The position numbers and the translations under genes are program-made. Shown here in pieces: positions 1-22,910 of a stretch of 64,000 bases of DNA. Where the stretch lies: contig CAVNZM010000004.1 in assembly GCA_963693365.1 (NCBI GenBank), forward strand, positions 12,304,468 through 12,368,467. The letters are read 5' to 3'. This stretch comes from Amoebidium appalachense (taxonomy: Eukaryota > Protista > Ichthyosporea). Position 1 is the stretch's first letter. Every line of letters starts with the position of its first letter. Under the pieces are notes generated by a model. That model was given only the letters and a program-made list of their open reading frames with translations. It was not told where the DNA came from and searched no databases.

Positions 1-50
1 AGGGGACGGGATGGGGGGGGGAGGGGGGGGAAGGGGGCATAAGGCAATAC

Positions 51-8879
<8,829 letters not shown>

Positions 8880-10071
8880 GGTGACTCGCGAGATCTACTG
8901 CCAGAGAGATCTAGCAGGAGACAGGCTCAATGGCTATCTTGACCTATTTGTGTGCCCCAACTGTGGTCAGGACGAGCATGTACTAGAGGCTACTGCTCTA
9001 GAGGCTACTGCTAGTATTGGCCGTGTAGACAATCCGCTTAGTACTACTCCTAGCCAGCTAGTGTGTGTTAGATGCTCCGAAGCTTGAACGGACAACGGAC
9101 TACGCACTCTAACTCCAGCCTCCGTCCTGTATACGTATACACCGTAGGTGTGCATGTGCCACCCCGACGAAATCTGAGTCACAAGTTCGTCAATAGCAGA
9201 ATGTTTGCGCAAACATGGCGTCACCACAAACATCTTCTGGTGACGTCATTGACATGACAAGTGGAACACGGTCTTCTACTCTACAGCGAGCCTCTGCCAG
9301 TGGCCTCAGGCAGACAGGTGGCCAAGGCCTCCTCGTATGAGGAGGCCTTGCAGCACCATAATTGACACAGGCCGGTGTGAGTCTAGGTGCACATAATATC
9401 TTTTAACGTGTGCAAATACTAATGCTGCACTTTCCGAATGTAAGCTTACGGGCCAGCCTGAACCATATGGCCCCGTTGTGGAAAAAGGCCGAGTTGGCCT
9501 ACGTGTGTTGTATCCATGCAAAGCTAGGCCACAAGGCAGGATAGAACATTCATCATAACGATGAGGGTCTCACATAACGACGTGTGAGGTGTGCTTGGGT
9601 TTATTCGTCCATATACCATACCGATTTCATCTACAGCATACCCTCCCTCAGTGTGTGTACGTGTACAATGCCCAGCACAACGAATATAGACAAGAGTCAA
9701 AGGATAGCGTCCACCAGTGACGTAAGCTAACACTGCTTAGGAAATAAAACTGACAAAGGCCATGCACACTAATTTGAACGTAAACGTAAGCAGCCCAGAA
9801 AATAAACACTAAAAAAGGGAGGGATATAGAAACTACACAGAGTTGGCCCCACTACCATAAATGGCACCACTAAACAAGAATAGAAAGAATACACAGGAAC
9901 TGCTCGAGCAATCCGCTACATACCCGCTCCCGTCTGTATACAAGCATGAGCAAATGTGTCTGTTGTAAGAGATGCATACGTTAAGTAGGTAGTGCTTGAG
10001 TACGATAGGTGGACACGTTATGCAGGTGGGCCCATGCCGCCCATACCGCGTGTATTTTGACAGCCATAAAT

Positions 10072-10279
10072 TTAGTTGATGTACTGGGACAGCCAGCGGA
10101 AACCTGCAATGCAGACAAGCCGGTTAGGCACAAAAAGCCAAAACCCATCCCCTCACGGCCATCTCCAAATCCCACGCACCCATACACCCAACCAGGGAAC
10201 TGCCAGCTGAGGGCAGCTTACTACCAACCTGGGGTACATACCCGACACGCCATATAACCCCTCCCCCCCCCCTCCCCCC

Positions 10280-10338
<59 letters not shown>

Positions 10339-11185
10339 CACACACACACACACGTACACGCACACACACACACACACGCACACACACGCACACGCACACA
10401 CACGTGCGCGCGCACACACACACACACGCACCACCACCACCACCACCACCATCCATTCCCACCCACCTCCATCACCTTTTTCTCCATAAAGCATTCAAAC
10501 TTTTAGATCAAGATATCAGGTCATCGAACGACACATGCATGCCAGAGACTTCGCCCCAACTTGCAAGATCTAAGGAAGCCGGGATTGCCTCAGCATACCA
10601 TGTCCATTAAAGCAGTGCAAGCAAATTTAGGCGCACCAATGCCCGTGTACATGTCTTTGTGTCGTGTGCAGCTGTATGCTTCGCGTGTGCATGTGTGCAC
10701 GCTTGTCCATGCACGGATGTCTGCACGTGTGTGAATGTGTGCGTGCAAGTGTGCAAGTGTGCAAGTGTGTCCGTGTGCAGATATGTGCGTGTGCATGTGT
10801 GTGCCTGTGTGAATGTGTGTGTGAGTGTGTGTGTGCGCGCGCAGGCTTATGTATGGGTGGGCATATGTGCACGTGTGACCTTGTGTGTGACCATGCTCAT
10901 GAGATAATGTGTGTGCGGACATAGGTTAACACAAGTGTTCCAGGTGTGCGAGTGCATGTTCCTAACAAGAGAAAGACTGTGTGCGTAGACATGTGAGCCC
11001 CCCCCCCCCCCCCCCCCCCCCCAAATATACGTGTAAGGGGGCATATTTGTGTGTGTATGTGGAAATCCGACAGCGAGTGCTCAGCAATAAGGGACAAAGG
11101 GAAGTGGGATAAAGGAGGAGAACGTTTGTGTAGTCTGTTCGTGTGTGAGTGGGTCTAAGGAGGATGGGGGAGGGAGGAGGAGGAA

Positions 11186-11221
<36 letters not shown>

Positions 11222-11289
11222 GAATGCGGAACACGGTACGAAGTACGCATACACGACGAGAAGCATGGTGCAGGACACATGCAAAGGCA

Positions 11290-11320
<31 letters not shown>

Positions 11321-11583
11321 TATGCATTAGAGGGTTGAAGTATGGAGGAGACACCAAAGGACAAATACAAAGCGTCATAAAAAAAAAAAAAACCTCCGAG
11401 ATCAAATTAAAAAAAGAAACAAATAAAAACGTGCAGGCAGAAGGCACTTAAACAGAACCTATGAGTGGGAAGGGGGAGGCGGGAGATGAAAGAAAAGAAA
11501 CAGTAACTCAACTTCAGCCCAAAATCGATCCCCCCCCACCCTCACACACACGCACCCTCACCCCTCAAAAGCTCCCCAAACCT

Positions 11584-11614
<31 letters not shown>

Positions 11615-11722
11615 CCCATCACAGAGCTCCTCTCACACACAGCCCCCTCTCCCTCCCCCCTCCCCCCCCCCCCCCGCCGCCGCCGGTGCGCGCGTGCACA
11701 CACACACACACGCACAAGCACA

Positions 11723-11788
<66 letters not shown>

Positions 11789-12212
11789 CCACAGCAACCC
11801 CGGGCCCCCCATCCAAATGACAAATGCAGGCGCGCACACACAAGTGAACATTGCAGGCGCACACACACCATATACTTCAATCCCACAGGAATGCACACAC
11901 CCACACCCACAAGCACACGAAAGCCACAAAACACCAACGTTTCCCGTCCATTCAAGCAACAAATACCGTACCTTCGCCATAGCCTTGCTTCTTGACGACT
12001 GAGCACATGAACACCTCCAACGCCCTTTGGGTCTCGCCCAGCTGCACCTTGCCCTGTGCACACAGTGCCCGGGTCAGCACCCTTGCAGGTCATCACATTG
12101 CTAATTGAGGAAGTTATGATGAAAGGGCTAGAACAAAACGACCGGGGTAATTGTGGCTGCACGTGTGGGTTTGCCATCTTCGCTGGAAGGAGCAGTGTGT
12201 GTCTCTGTGTAT

Positions 12213-12292
<80 letters not shown>

Positions 12293-12424
12293 TTGTGTGT
12301 GTGTGCGATGCGCGTGCGCGCAGAACAAAACGACCGGGGTAATTGTGGCTGCACGTGTGGGTTTGCCCATCTTCGTTGGAAGGAGCAGTGTGTGTCTCTG
12401 TGTATACGTGTGTGTGTGTGTGTG

Positions 12425-12470
<46 letters not shown>

Positions 12471-12516
12471 CGCGCGCGCGTGCGTGTGTGTGTGTTGTTT
12501 TTTTTTTGTTTTTGTT

Positions 12517-12558
<42 letters not shown>

Positions 12559-12720
12559 GCAGGATATGTTACGGAGTACGCAGTGCATAATCATGACGCA
12601 CAACACAATGCAGAGTGCAAAGCACACGTGCATCATCAGCTGGGCCCAACATCAGGGGGGGGGGGGGGGGGGGGGGGAGTCATCCACAGTACCCGAGTTT
12701 CAACCCATTTGTGAGTGAGG

Positions 12721-12784
<64 letters not shown>

Positions 12785-12861
12785 TGAGGGTTGAATGTGC
12801 TATAAAGTGCCAGGTGCACAATCAACGGTCAACACGATGCAGAGTGCAAACCACACATAAA

Positions 12862-12900
<39 letters not shown>

Positions 12901-13314
12901 AGCAAAAAGGCAAGAAGTTAACGGGGGAAAAAAACAGGACACAAGACACCGATATACTTGTGTGGGTACGCAGACGGCACTTTCACAGAGCCCCAGGGGT
13001 TACCTCAATGCTCCATACGCGGGAGGGGGGGGGGGGGGGGGGGGGGGGGGGATTTGCTATGGATGGATGCACTACAGGCTACGAAGCACACATTCATGAC
13101 GGACAACACAGAGCACGATGCAAAGAACCCAGAATATGTGTAATAAGCAGCACCCATCCTCGGAGACCGGGGGCGGCCGGGGGGGTTTAAATGCGGAACA
13201 TGGTACCAAGTACGCATACACGATGAGAAGCATGGTGCAGGACACATGCAAAGGCAAACATTCAAGTATGCAACATCAGCCATGCGCACAGTATGCGTCA
13301 TAAGCAGAGCCCGG

Positions 13315-13364
<50 letters not shown>

Positions 13365-13770
13365 GGGGGGTGTCACACCCAGAATCTAAGGTTCGACTAA
13401 TTCATCTCAAATCCAAAGCCCCACTTCAGGGGGAGGGAGGGAGGGGGCGGAGAGGGGGGGGGGGGGGAAGGAACAGTAAAATCAGTTCATAGTTTATACA
13501 AAGGTATGAAGATATATAACGACCATGGGAGGAGGAACATCTCACCTTGCCGGTGCAGAGGGTCTGGCAGTTGAGCACATACTTGAGCTCCTCCTCGCTC
13601 ACGGCCTCGCGTTTGTCGATTTTGTTGCCCAGAATCAGGAACGGCACCTTGCCTAGCTCCTCGCTGCTCAACAGGCCCTAATATACCCCCCGTCGTTGGT
13701 GAGCCCAGGGCTTGCACACCGCACATAGACCTCCTCCCCCTCCTCCCCCCCCCCCCCCCCTCCTCCTCCT

Positions 13771-13860
<90 letters not shown>

Positions 13861-13968
13861 TGTTGGCCGACAGTCAGATAAGCGCGCATTTCTACTGCCC
13901 CCCTTCCCCACTTCCCCCCCCCCCTCCCCTCCCCCCGGCGCCCCCTCTCCTTCAGCCCCCTCCCCTCC

Positions 13969-14010
<42 letters not shown>

Positions 14011-14605
14011 TACCCCCCTTCTTTTTTTTTGCTCAGAAGTTGACCCTTCCATTATTTACCACCGGCAAACTCCATTATCTGGAAGCGTTCAAATTGCATC
14101 TGAATATCTTCGAGCTCCTCAAAGATGCGAGTTCACGCTTACTGCCTTTCACTTCCAGTGTAACTCTTCCACATTTGCCTGGGAACACATTTAACGTATC
14201 CACACACCCGTGAAGGCAATGAATCATCACTTTTGCATCCACAGGGGCACACATCCACAAGCTCAGGTGCGAGAAAAGCACCACGTCACACCAGCCCTTT
14301 CAACATGTCCCATTCCCTTCTCCCCAATCCCCTACTCCCTCTCTCTTTCTCTTTCCCCCCTTCCCCCGGATCAACAAGCTTCTTCCCCCTCCCCAGAGAA
14401 AAAAGCACACACAAAACAACACGACACATAAACACACCTTTCCCCCGCCCGCCTCCCCTCACGCACACACCAATCAACCTTCAACCCCAGACTCCCCCCA
14501 CCCCCCCCAATCCCCCTCAACTGAACAATCACCCTTTTCCCTACCACTAAAAGAAAAAGCAGACCCTCACAAGTGCGTGCGCACGCACACACACTCTCTC
14601 TCCCC

Positions 14606-14650
<45 letters not shown>

Positions 14651-15346
14651 CCCCCCTCCCCCCCCCAGCATCCCCCTTTCAATTTACACACCTGCAGTTC
14701 TGCCATGGACTCGTTGAGGCGCTCGCGATCTGCCGCATCGACAAGGTAGACGACGGCATCAACTGAGGGGTAATAGTCACGCCACACCTTGCGGGCCTGT
14801 GCGTGGCCGCCAAGATCGAATGTTCTAAACTTGATGCCACCGATTGCAAGCTCCTCCATAGCTGGGGGAAGTAACAAACGTGTCAATTATAACGTTCATT
14901 GTCCCTAATCCAGGAAACCCCTGAACAGCCTGCTGGGCATCCTGCTCCCACCCCCCCCCCCCCCCCCTTCCCCCCCCCCCCCCCCCCGCCACCACAAAAT
15001 GCACTGGCAGCTTCCACACACGTGAGCATTTTCTTTGCCCCACAACTGGTCTGTCCCAATTTGGCCTTCTCATCTTATCATCGAGGAAAACCCTATCATC
15101 TCCCAACAACTACGGCTGATCCCACTACAGGCTTTCACTCAAGTGGATAGACATGCAAGGGCACAAGCTAACCACATCCTCATGAACAGCACACACACAC
15201 ACACGCACAAGTACAAAACCACCCAACATCTACACCCCTCCAAATAAGACAAAATTGGTGTGTAAGAGCGAGCAAAGTACGCTGTATATGTCGGCATGGT
15301 GCAAGCTGCTGCACAGAGGTCAACCGCACACACACACACACGAACA

Positions 15347-15386
<40 letters not shown>

Positions 15387-15986
15387 CGTGCGCGCACACA
15401 CGCACACAACACACAATCTTGTGCTTGCAGGAGCAACACCACCACACACCCTGGCAGTAGTAGAGTAACACCTACACGCACACTCGAGCAGCCAGCACTC
15501 TGAAACGCCCGTACACATGCAGACAGACAAGCTCATATCTCAAGCATATGAGTCAGATAAACCAAGCAAAAAAGTCTGCAGATCTCGGCCCCCGTCAACA
15601 CCACACAACAAACTTGGACACCCTTCACCAACTCCAGAACTAGTCTTGCGCCTGTGTTGTTAGCTGCCTTGTCATCATAAGCTATTCAACATATTTTTAC
15701 AGTGTTGTTCAGAACGTGCGAAAAGACGGTGCACGTATAACAAAGGTGCCCCAGAGTGAGTCCCCCCCGCAAAAAAAACCACACGTCTGAACCGTGTCGT
15801 CCACCACAAATTCCACAACTTACTTGGGTGAAGGGTGGGGTTGTGTTGAGCAATTCTGTCGTCCTTAAGCATGTGCAGAAGGGTCGTTTTGCCCGCATTG
15901 TCCAAGCCAAGGAAAACGATCTTGGCATTCTTAGACGCCAAACCCAGAAAATTCAGAACACCCCAAAACCAGTCAACAATAAACAT
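10072..15986 (-). CDS. SAR1: SAR1 small GTPase (COPII coat assembly), 5 coding exons
   Basis: Exons 15986-15824 ([16 protein letters not shown]...[18 protein letters not shown]), 14861-14692 ([14 protein letters not shown]), 13677-13546 (FLILGNKID), 12053-11972 ([16 protein letters not shown]) and 10103-10072 ([10 protein letters not shown]). All junctions are GT-AG and phase-compatible. Confidence 0.97.
11220..13316 (-). repeat. Cluster of fragments of the poly(C)-associated family in SAR1 introns (11220-11293, 11320-11460, 12558-12712, 12785-12862, 13050-13316)
   Basis: Recurrent TTGAATGCGGAACACGGTACGAAGTACGCATACACG...GCATGGTGCAGGACACATGCAAAGGCAAAC, ACACGATGCAGAGTGCAA and GTCATCCACAGTACCCGAGTTTC, each separated by G-runs. 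Confidence 0.75.
12130..12412. repeat. Direct duplication of ~85 bp, each copy followed by (GT)n
   Basis: AGAACAAAACGACCGGGGTAATTGTGGCTGCACGTGTGGGTTTGCC...TGTGTATACG at 12130 and 12322. Confidence 0.9.
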
Positions 15987-17356
15987 TTTCGCTGTAGATG
16001 GAGGACCACTCCTGAAACCTGTGCTGTGGAATGGGGCTGTGTTAGATCCCTAAAACCGTTCGAAGGCGTTTGTATCGACAGACAACAATTAAAAAAGAAG
16101 CGACGAAATTTATGGTCGATGTACAATTCTGCAAAAGATGCACAACGTTCGAAATCTTGCTTGACGACGCTTCAAGCCTAACCTGGGTTTTAAAGAAAAG
16201 AGAACAACTATGACTTCTTCCTGTCAGCATGTGCAAGTCGCGCACAAACAAGCCTCTCGGTGGTAGGCACACGCAATCCCCTACTTGGTAACAAGCAGAA
16301 AAATCCGAAACTTACCACGGGAAGAAAAAAATGATAGAAACGTCGTGTTGTGTGACACAAAAAACGAATCGGTGCGTTTTTTACACACGTCACACCAGCA
16401 CCTCGTGCCCAGTGGCCAAGTAACAACCAATCCGCGTAAAGTTGATTCTTTGGTATGTTGCCGGCGTGACAACCCAAAGAGGTAGATCCGTGTGATTGAT
16501 TGGTTTGTTGTTTTTTCACGTTTCCATGCTTTAGGCAATCGGGTTTTGAAAACCAATCAAGAGCCTCGATCGTAAAACATAAAATGCGATTTCTCATTGG
16601 ATCACATGCATTTCACATCAGCAAGCAGTGCTAGGCTCCCATGATTTCTTACGAATAGGTGAGTAACACCTACACACTCGAACTAGAAATTTCTGTGCCG
16701 CAGTACGGTACAGAAGCTGTGTACCAAAAGCACTATCCGTGACTATAAATTGCTCTCTCAGCAGGCTGTGTCACCCTATTTCAGCTAGGGAAACCTTAGG
16801 AGTGACCTGTTGTCTCAGTCTTAGAGCATGACGATACTGTACATGTACTGGCGGTGGCTCGCTTACACTTGCAAACTCACGGCATCAGGCCTTGTCAAAG
16901 ACCAGAATTCATGTGAATGCGCTTCATGAATTCAAGACCTACAGTTTCTTTGACTTCTTAGGTAAACCAGAGGGCAGCTTGTCTAATTTCCCGTGTAGAG
17001 CCGACAGTCCATGTTGCAAGATCTAGAGCATATGGATACCACTTTTTATGTAAGATGTTTTGACGATGCATGCAACATCAGCAGATCTACCCATATAATA
17101 TTACTGACTACGAAGATCTTTTCGACATCAATTAGGCTGCCTTGGCCATGGCACCTCTGCCCCAAGCCAAGGCCGTGTGCATACACGTGTAATAACAAAG
17201 CAAGATCGCTACGTGCTGCCCCAGTTTACTGGCTGTGGCCGCCCACACCACAGCTTGTGTAAGGCTAACCGGAAACGCCCTCGTGTAACCCCATGCACTG
17301 CATGTGTTATACAGCTAACCGAAGGCTGACTGCCGTTAAGTAATTCCTACTACTAC

Positions 17357-17416
<60 letters not shown>

Positions 17417-17984
17417 CGCGCGCAAATGTGTGTGCTATGGCGGCAGTGTGTGGAATAATACGTGCGTACTTCTTCAAGTGTGTGCGGCGGTCATTCTTAG
17501 AGATAGTATTGCTTCGACGGGTTTACTCGTAGAAGAGCTTGACACGAGTAAATTATGTGTGTAGTGTAAGAGCATAACCCGTTGACAAAAGGGAGCAAAA
17601 AATAAAAGCCCTAACCGGTAGTTCAAAGAACCACAACTGTGGTTTAACATGGGCAGCCCTGAGCTAAAGAATATAAAAGCGACGTCCCTGTCACAAACAC
17701 AAAAACAACCTGCTGCCTCGCTCTCAACCTCACTGGAAACACAAGCACGTGCTTCAATTCGTTTAAGTTTATGCGATATATCTAAGTGAAAGGTATTGGT
17801 GTGCAGTCAAGATCCGGGGACCCTACAGAGTGGAAGGCTGCTCGCCGCGGTTATGTTGAGTTAATATGAAGGCATCACAAGTATCTGTCTTGCATGATGG
17901 CATAGTATCAATCGCAAGGGAAACGTCGGCACAGGTGTTTTGGTGATATACATGCACTCTGTCTTGTGCCACCCTCACTTTGCG

Positions 17985-18548
17985 TTACAAGAGGCTGCAC
18001 CCCGACTTCTTTGGAGGCTTGTAGTTGAGAGCAGCCCGTGCAACTGTATCGAAAACCTGCAACAAATGCAAGTGCCCGAGTCAGATTTTTCTGGTGTTTG
18101 AGAATACCCAACCTGGGCATCTCCCCCCCCCTCCCCACAAACCCACCCCCAGATTCTCTTATTATGTATTGTGAATGTGTACTTCGTACTATGACACATT
18201 CAACCTCCCTCCCCCCCTTCCCCCCCCCCCCCCCCCCCCTTTGAACGTAACCCAAATCTTTCCCACTCCACCCCCCCCTCCCCCCCCCCCCCCCCCCCCC
18301 CCCTTCTCCCCGGGGTGAAGTCTCTTTCAGAGAGCCCGCGTTTGAGTGTGACCCAAATCATCCCCCCTCCCCCCTCCCCCACCCCCCGGGAGAGTCACTT
18401 TCAGAGTGCCCGGGTGTGATTGTACTCTCCCCCCCCCCCCCCACACACACACACACACACACACACCTCCTGCCCGGGGGGGAGTCCCTTTCAGAGTGCC
18501 CCCGGGGAGTCCCTTTCAGAGTGCCCGAGTTTGAATGTGACCCAAGTC

Positions 18549-18604
<56 letters not shown>

Positions 18605-18771
18605 GGGGAGTCCCTAAGGCTTTCAGAGCGTCCGGTGTGAATGTGACCCAAATTTTTCCCACTGCCCCCCCCTCCCCCCCCCCCCCCCCATCCCCCTCCC
18701 CCGCACTGTCGCCGCCATCAGCCCGCCCCTTCATTCCAGGAAACACGTACCCCCAAACTCCCAGAAGCCCT

Positions 18772-18805
<34 letters not shown>

Positions 18806-20189
18806 CTATCCCCCCGCGCTGGCGCGGCCGGTAGGGCAAGCACCACACGTCAAACACTCAAAAGAAAAAAAGAAAGCAAGAAAGAGAAACGACTCTGAAC
18901 GAAATGGAAAAAACCAACCCCTCCCTGTAAAGAACGGGACGACATGGTGTGAATAAGCCAGTGCGCTGTACCAGAGCAGACATGGACACCCACCTCCTTG
19001 AGTCCTTGGCTCAATTTTGCAGAACATTCGACGTATTTGCAGGCGCCAATCTGGACCGCCATGGTCTCGCCCTGCTCCTTGGTGACACATTTCTCCCCGT
19101 CCTGCATGGACCAGAGCTATTAAAAGGCATGCAGGCAACTCTCCCGTACGGCAATAATACGTGGTGGCATAGAGCACGAAGTATACACAGCGCCAAGGTG
19201 GGGGCCCGAGGCCAGAAACCGCAGTGCCCAGATGAAAGTGATTAGGAGAGGGGGACAGGAAGAGGGCAAGGAACTTTGTTTTCGTAAGCCGGCCAAGCTT
19301 GTTAGTAAAAAAGAAGGAAACGAGGGAGTTTGAGACCTACGTTCGGCCAACGAAGAGCAACGTCCAAAACATAAAAGAGCAATGATTTTTACAATTCATA
19401 CAAATAGCTTAGAGTAAAGAAGAGGAGAGAAACGATAAAGGAAGAGCAGACATCTCATGGGACCAGCATTGCAAAAAGACAAGAAGAAGGTTACCTCGTT
19501 GTTTGTTGGAATTGTGTTACGAAGTACGAAGTATACATTAAAGACGACAACACAAGCAGATTGTAATGCATCACTAGCAAAAGCCATCATCGGGGGCTGG
19601 GGAAGGGGCTGGGGGAAGGCGGGGATAGGGGGAGAGGGGGGCGGGGGGGGGGGGATGTTGTCCTAAGAGGAGGGGGGGGGGGGGGGGGGGGGGGGGGGAT
19701 GATGGGAAACTGCATTACAGTATGAAATATACAGAGACATGCCACAAAAAGTGGAAGAGCAAATAATGATCTGAGAGCATGGCGGTTTTGTGTTCGACAG
19801 AATGTGCATTGGTGGTGCACAGGTGGTGATGGTTGGATTTGCAATGGATGGGCGAGGGGGTTAAAATGTGTTACAGAGCATGATGTGGGCCATCACGACG
19901 TATATGGCAATGCAGATTTTGCAAAGCATACACAGGAGCATGCCTGAAAAGAATAGCCCATTCTTGTGCCCAGCAGAGCCCCCCGCGACCGGGATGGGGG
20001 GGAGGGGGAGGGGGGGGGATATATTGCACGAGGGAATCTCATCAAGATTTTCGTGACAGCAAAGCACGACACAGATATGCCGAAATCCACACACAAAGAT
20101 GCATTACAGACACAGCCCATCCCATAGAGTCCAACTCATCAATATTACCTGAAAAAGATCCCCAAAACGGTAAGGGAGGGAGGGAGGGG

Positions 20190-20223
<34 letters not shown>

Positions 20224-20389
20224 GGCGGCAGGCAAGATGAAGTGCAAACTCGACGGTCAACATCTGTTGACATGCAAACAAAAGTGTATGCAACAAAACT
20301 AGAACCCATTCTCAAGAAGACCCGAGTCAACCACAACACCAAGAAGGGGGGGGGGGGGAGGGAAAAAAGCTTTTGGGGGACGGGGGGAA

Positions 20390-20428
<39 letters not shown>

Positions 20429-21619
20429 CTTGTTACATGTGGTACGCAGCATGGGTACAGATAACAACGGCCACACTCACACGGACATGCAAAAAAGATA
20501 ATGCAACACGTGTTGGGTCTATTTTATAAGAGAAGGCCAAACATCAACGAGAGAGGGGAGGGGGGGAGGGGGGAGGGGGGGGGGGGGGGGGGGGGGACAA
20601 GGAGTTGTCGGGAGCAAATATTACAGGTTAGTACCCGGGGAGAAGGAACGGGGGGGGGGGGGGGGGGGGGGGGGGAGGGGGGCAACACATCGAACAACAA
20701 AGATGTACCAGAAAAGCATGGCACAGTACACAGCAAGACATGCAAAGCGGACTCGATCATGCAACCTCCTTAGTGCCGCAGAGGGAGGGGAGGAAAGGTT
20801 TGAAGAAAGGGAGGGGGTAGGTGAGCAAGTGGGCGGGCAGCGCCGAGGGAGGGAAGGGGGGGGGGGGGGGGGGGGGGAAGGATAAGGAAACAAAAGCAGC
20901 CCAACACTGAAATGAGAGGAATTTGGGGGGGTGTATGGTGTGTGGGTGTCTGCGGGCCAAGGTGGGAAGGCGGGCGGGGGGGGGGGGGAGGGGGGGGGGG
21001 GGGAAGGGGGGAAGAGAGGAGGGGGAGGGAGTTGGGAAAAGGGGGTGGCCGGGGGGGAGGGGGGGGAGGGGGGGGGGGGGGGGGGGGATAAGGGTAAAGA
21101 AACAAAAGGCAGCCCAACCCTGAAATGGAGAAGGAGCCTCGGGATCACGGTATGGTGTGTGAGTGAGTGCGTGGAAAGGTGGGCTGGGGAGGAGGGGGGA
21201 GAGGGGGAGGGGGGAGAGGGGGAGGGGGGAGGAGGGGGGAGGGGGGAGGTTATAGTGTACGAGTACATACTTATGACGAAACAACACAATCCTCTGCAAA
21301 GCACACATAAGGAGTGTACATCAATAGCTAACCCCAATCCCAGGGTGGGCAAGACATACAGTACACGGGGGAGGGGGAGAGGGGGGGGGGGGGGGGGGGG
21401 GGGGGGGGAGGGGGTTTAAGTGAGGAAAAGCCTTTAGGGAGCCAATTACTCCGAAAGCCGCCGCGGCATATCAAAGAGCTCCATATGCTATGGAGGAAGA
21501 GAGACACACAGGAAAAAAGACGCGAGAGACTTGAACTCTAAAGGGGGGGCACAGGGTGATGAGGTTTGTGCAAACAGCCAATTCAGAGGGTTTGAATGCA
21601 GGTACCGGTGTGTGTGTGT

Positions 21620-21674
<55 letters not shown>

Positions 21675-22910
21675 TCTTTAAACACTACCTTCTTTAGTTT
21701 GGCCTCTGTGTCAGCATTGTTTCGAAGATCAATCTTGGTCCCAACAAGAACGATGGGGACATTCGGACAATGATGCTTCGCCTCCACAGCCTGGAAGATT
21801 GTGGCATCTAGTCAGCATTGGGCTTCGACTCACTCCATCTCCCAGTTTTCCAAACGACAAGAAAACAGGTGGGTAGTGGTTCAGAGATGAAAATCTTTGC
21901 CCCAGCCCCTTTCCCTCCATCAATCCCCCCCTTCCCCCCTCCCTCCAGGAGCAAACACTCATATGCAAGCATGCTCTCAAACACCTACCCACTTCTCGGC
22001 AACGTTGTAATAGCTGTCTGGGTCCTCAACAGAAAAGCAAATCATAATAACACTGGACTTGGGGTACGATAGAGGTCGAAGACGATCGTAATCTTCTTGG
22101 CCAGCCGTATCCCAGATGGTCAGCTCGACTGGTTTTCCGTCCACCTCTAGCGTAGGGACACATGTAAGTGCTTCAAAGACCTCAGGTTACCACAGCACCC
22201 AGCACGCTTCCCAGGCAGCTACACAACCAGGGGAGGGCCTCGGGAGGGGGTGGGGCAGAGGAGGGGGGGGTGGGGAAGTGGGGGGATTATTTGCCTCAAG
22301 CAAGCTCATTACATCACAGATATTTATATAGAGCGGTATAATTGTAGGGAATGTTAGCCGGCTAAGAAATTTCTAAATAGATAAAACTACGAAAAAAAGT
22401 CAGATTGCTTGCGCACTTTGCTGGTTGTAAGACTCTGCTGGTTAGGAGATCCAACAAGAAAGCTTAAGGCTTATCTGCCGGTAATACTAACATGCATAGA
22501 GATCATTCGCTATGCATCCTCCAGGCACGCATTATGCAGAGGACGCAGCAACACAAGCCAGTTTGGTATCTAAACCCTCTCTTAAGAGTAGGCATGCGGA
22601 GTTTTGGGAACATGTGAGAAAGAAACCAAGTGCACGATGATAAAAAGCAAAGCCACGAGACTCACAAGCTGACTCCCACCTCTGCTTTCCCCACATGCCC
22701 AAAAACGCCTCCCCATCCTGCTGTTCTATAAACAACGTGTTTTCATAAACATGACCAAGACATACGCATTTCGGTAACTGATGCCTCGAAGACCGTTGGT
22801 GTGTAGACGTCAGGCCACTGCCCCTTAACAAACATGATGATCAAATTTGTCTTTCCAACGGCACCGTCGCCCACCACAATAACCTTTCTCCTTGTGACAG
22901 CAGGCGGCAT
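17985..22910 (-). CDS. Rho-family small GTPase (RhoA/Rho1-like) with C-terminal CaaL prenylation signal, 5 coding exons
   Basis: Exons 22910-22766 ([13 protein letters not shown]...YTPTVFE), 22146-21989 ([28 protein letters not shown]), 21790-21689 ([16 protein letters not shown]), 19101-18994 (YVECSAK) and 18056-17985 ([23 protein letters not shown]). GT-AG junctions are in phase. Confidence 0.95.
18241..18657. repeat. Imperfect minisatellite (~45-bp unit, 5-6 copies) separated by C-runs, in the last Rho intron
   Basis: Unit GGGGAGTCCCTTTCAGAGTGCCCGAGTTTGAATGTGACCCAAATC at ~18311, 18387, 18478, 18504 and 18603. Confidence 0.85.

Noticed and set aside
18241-18657. Repeat-spacer appearance suggesting a CRISPR array (also 7371-7560 and 60570-60730)
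   Set aside because: Repeats are degenerate, the spacers are homopolymers or absent, the context is a eukaryotic intron, and there are no cas genes.
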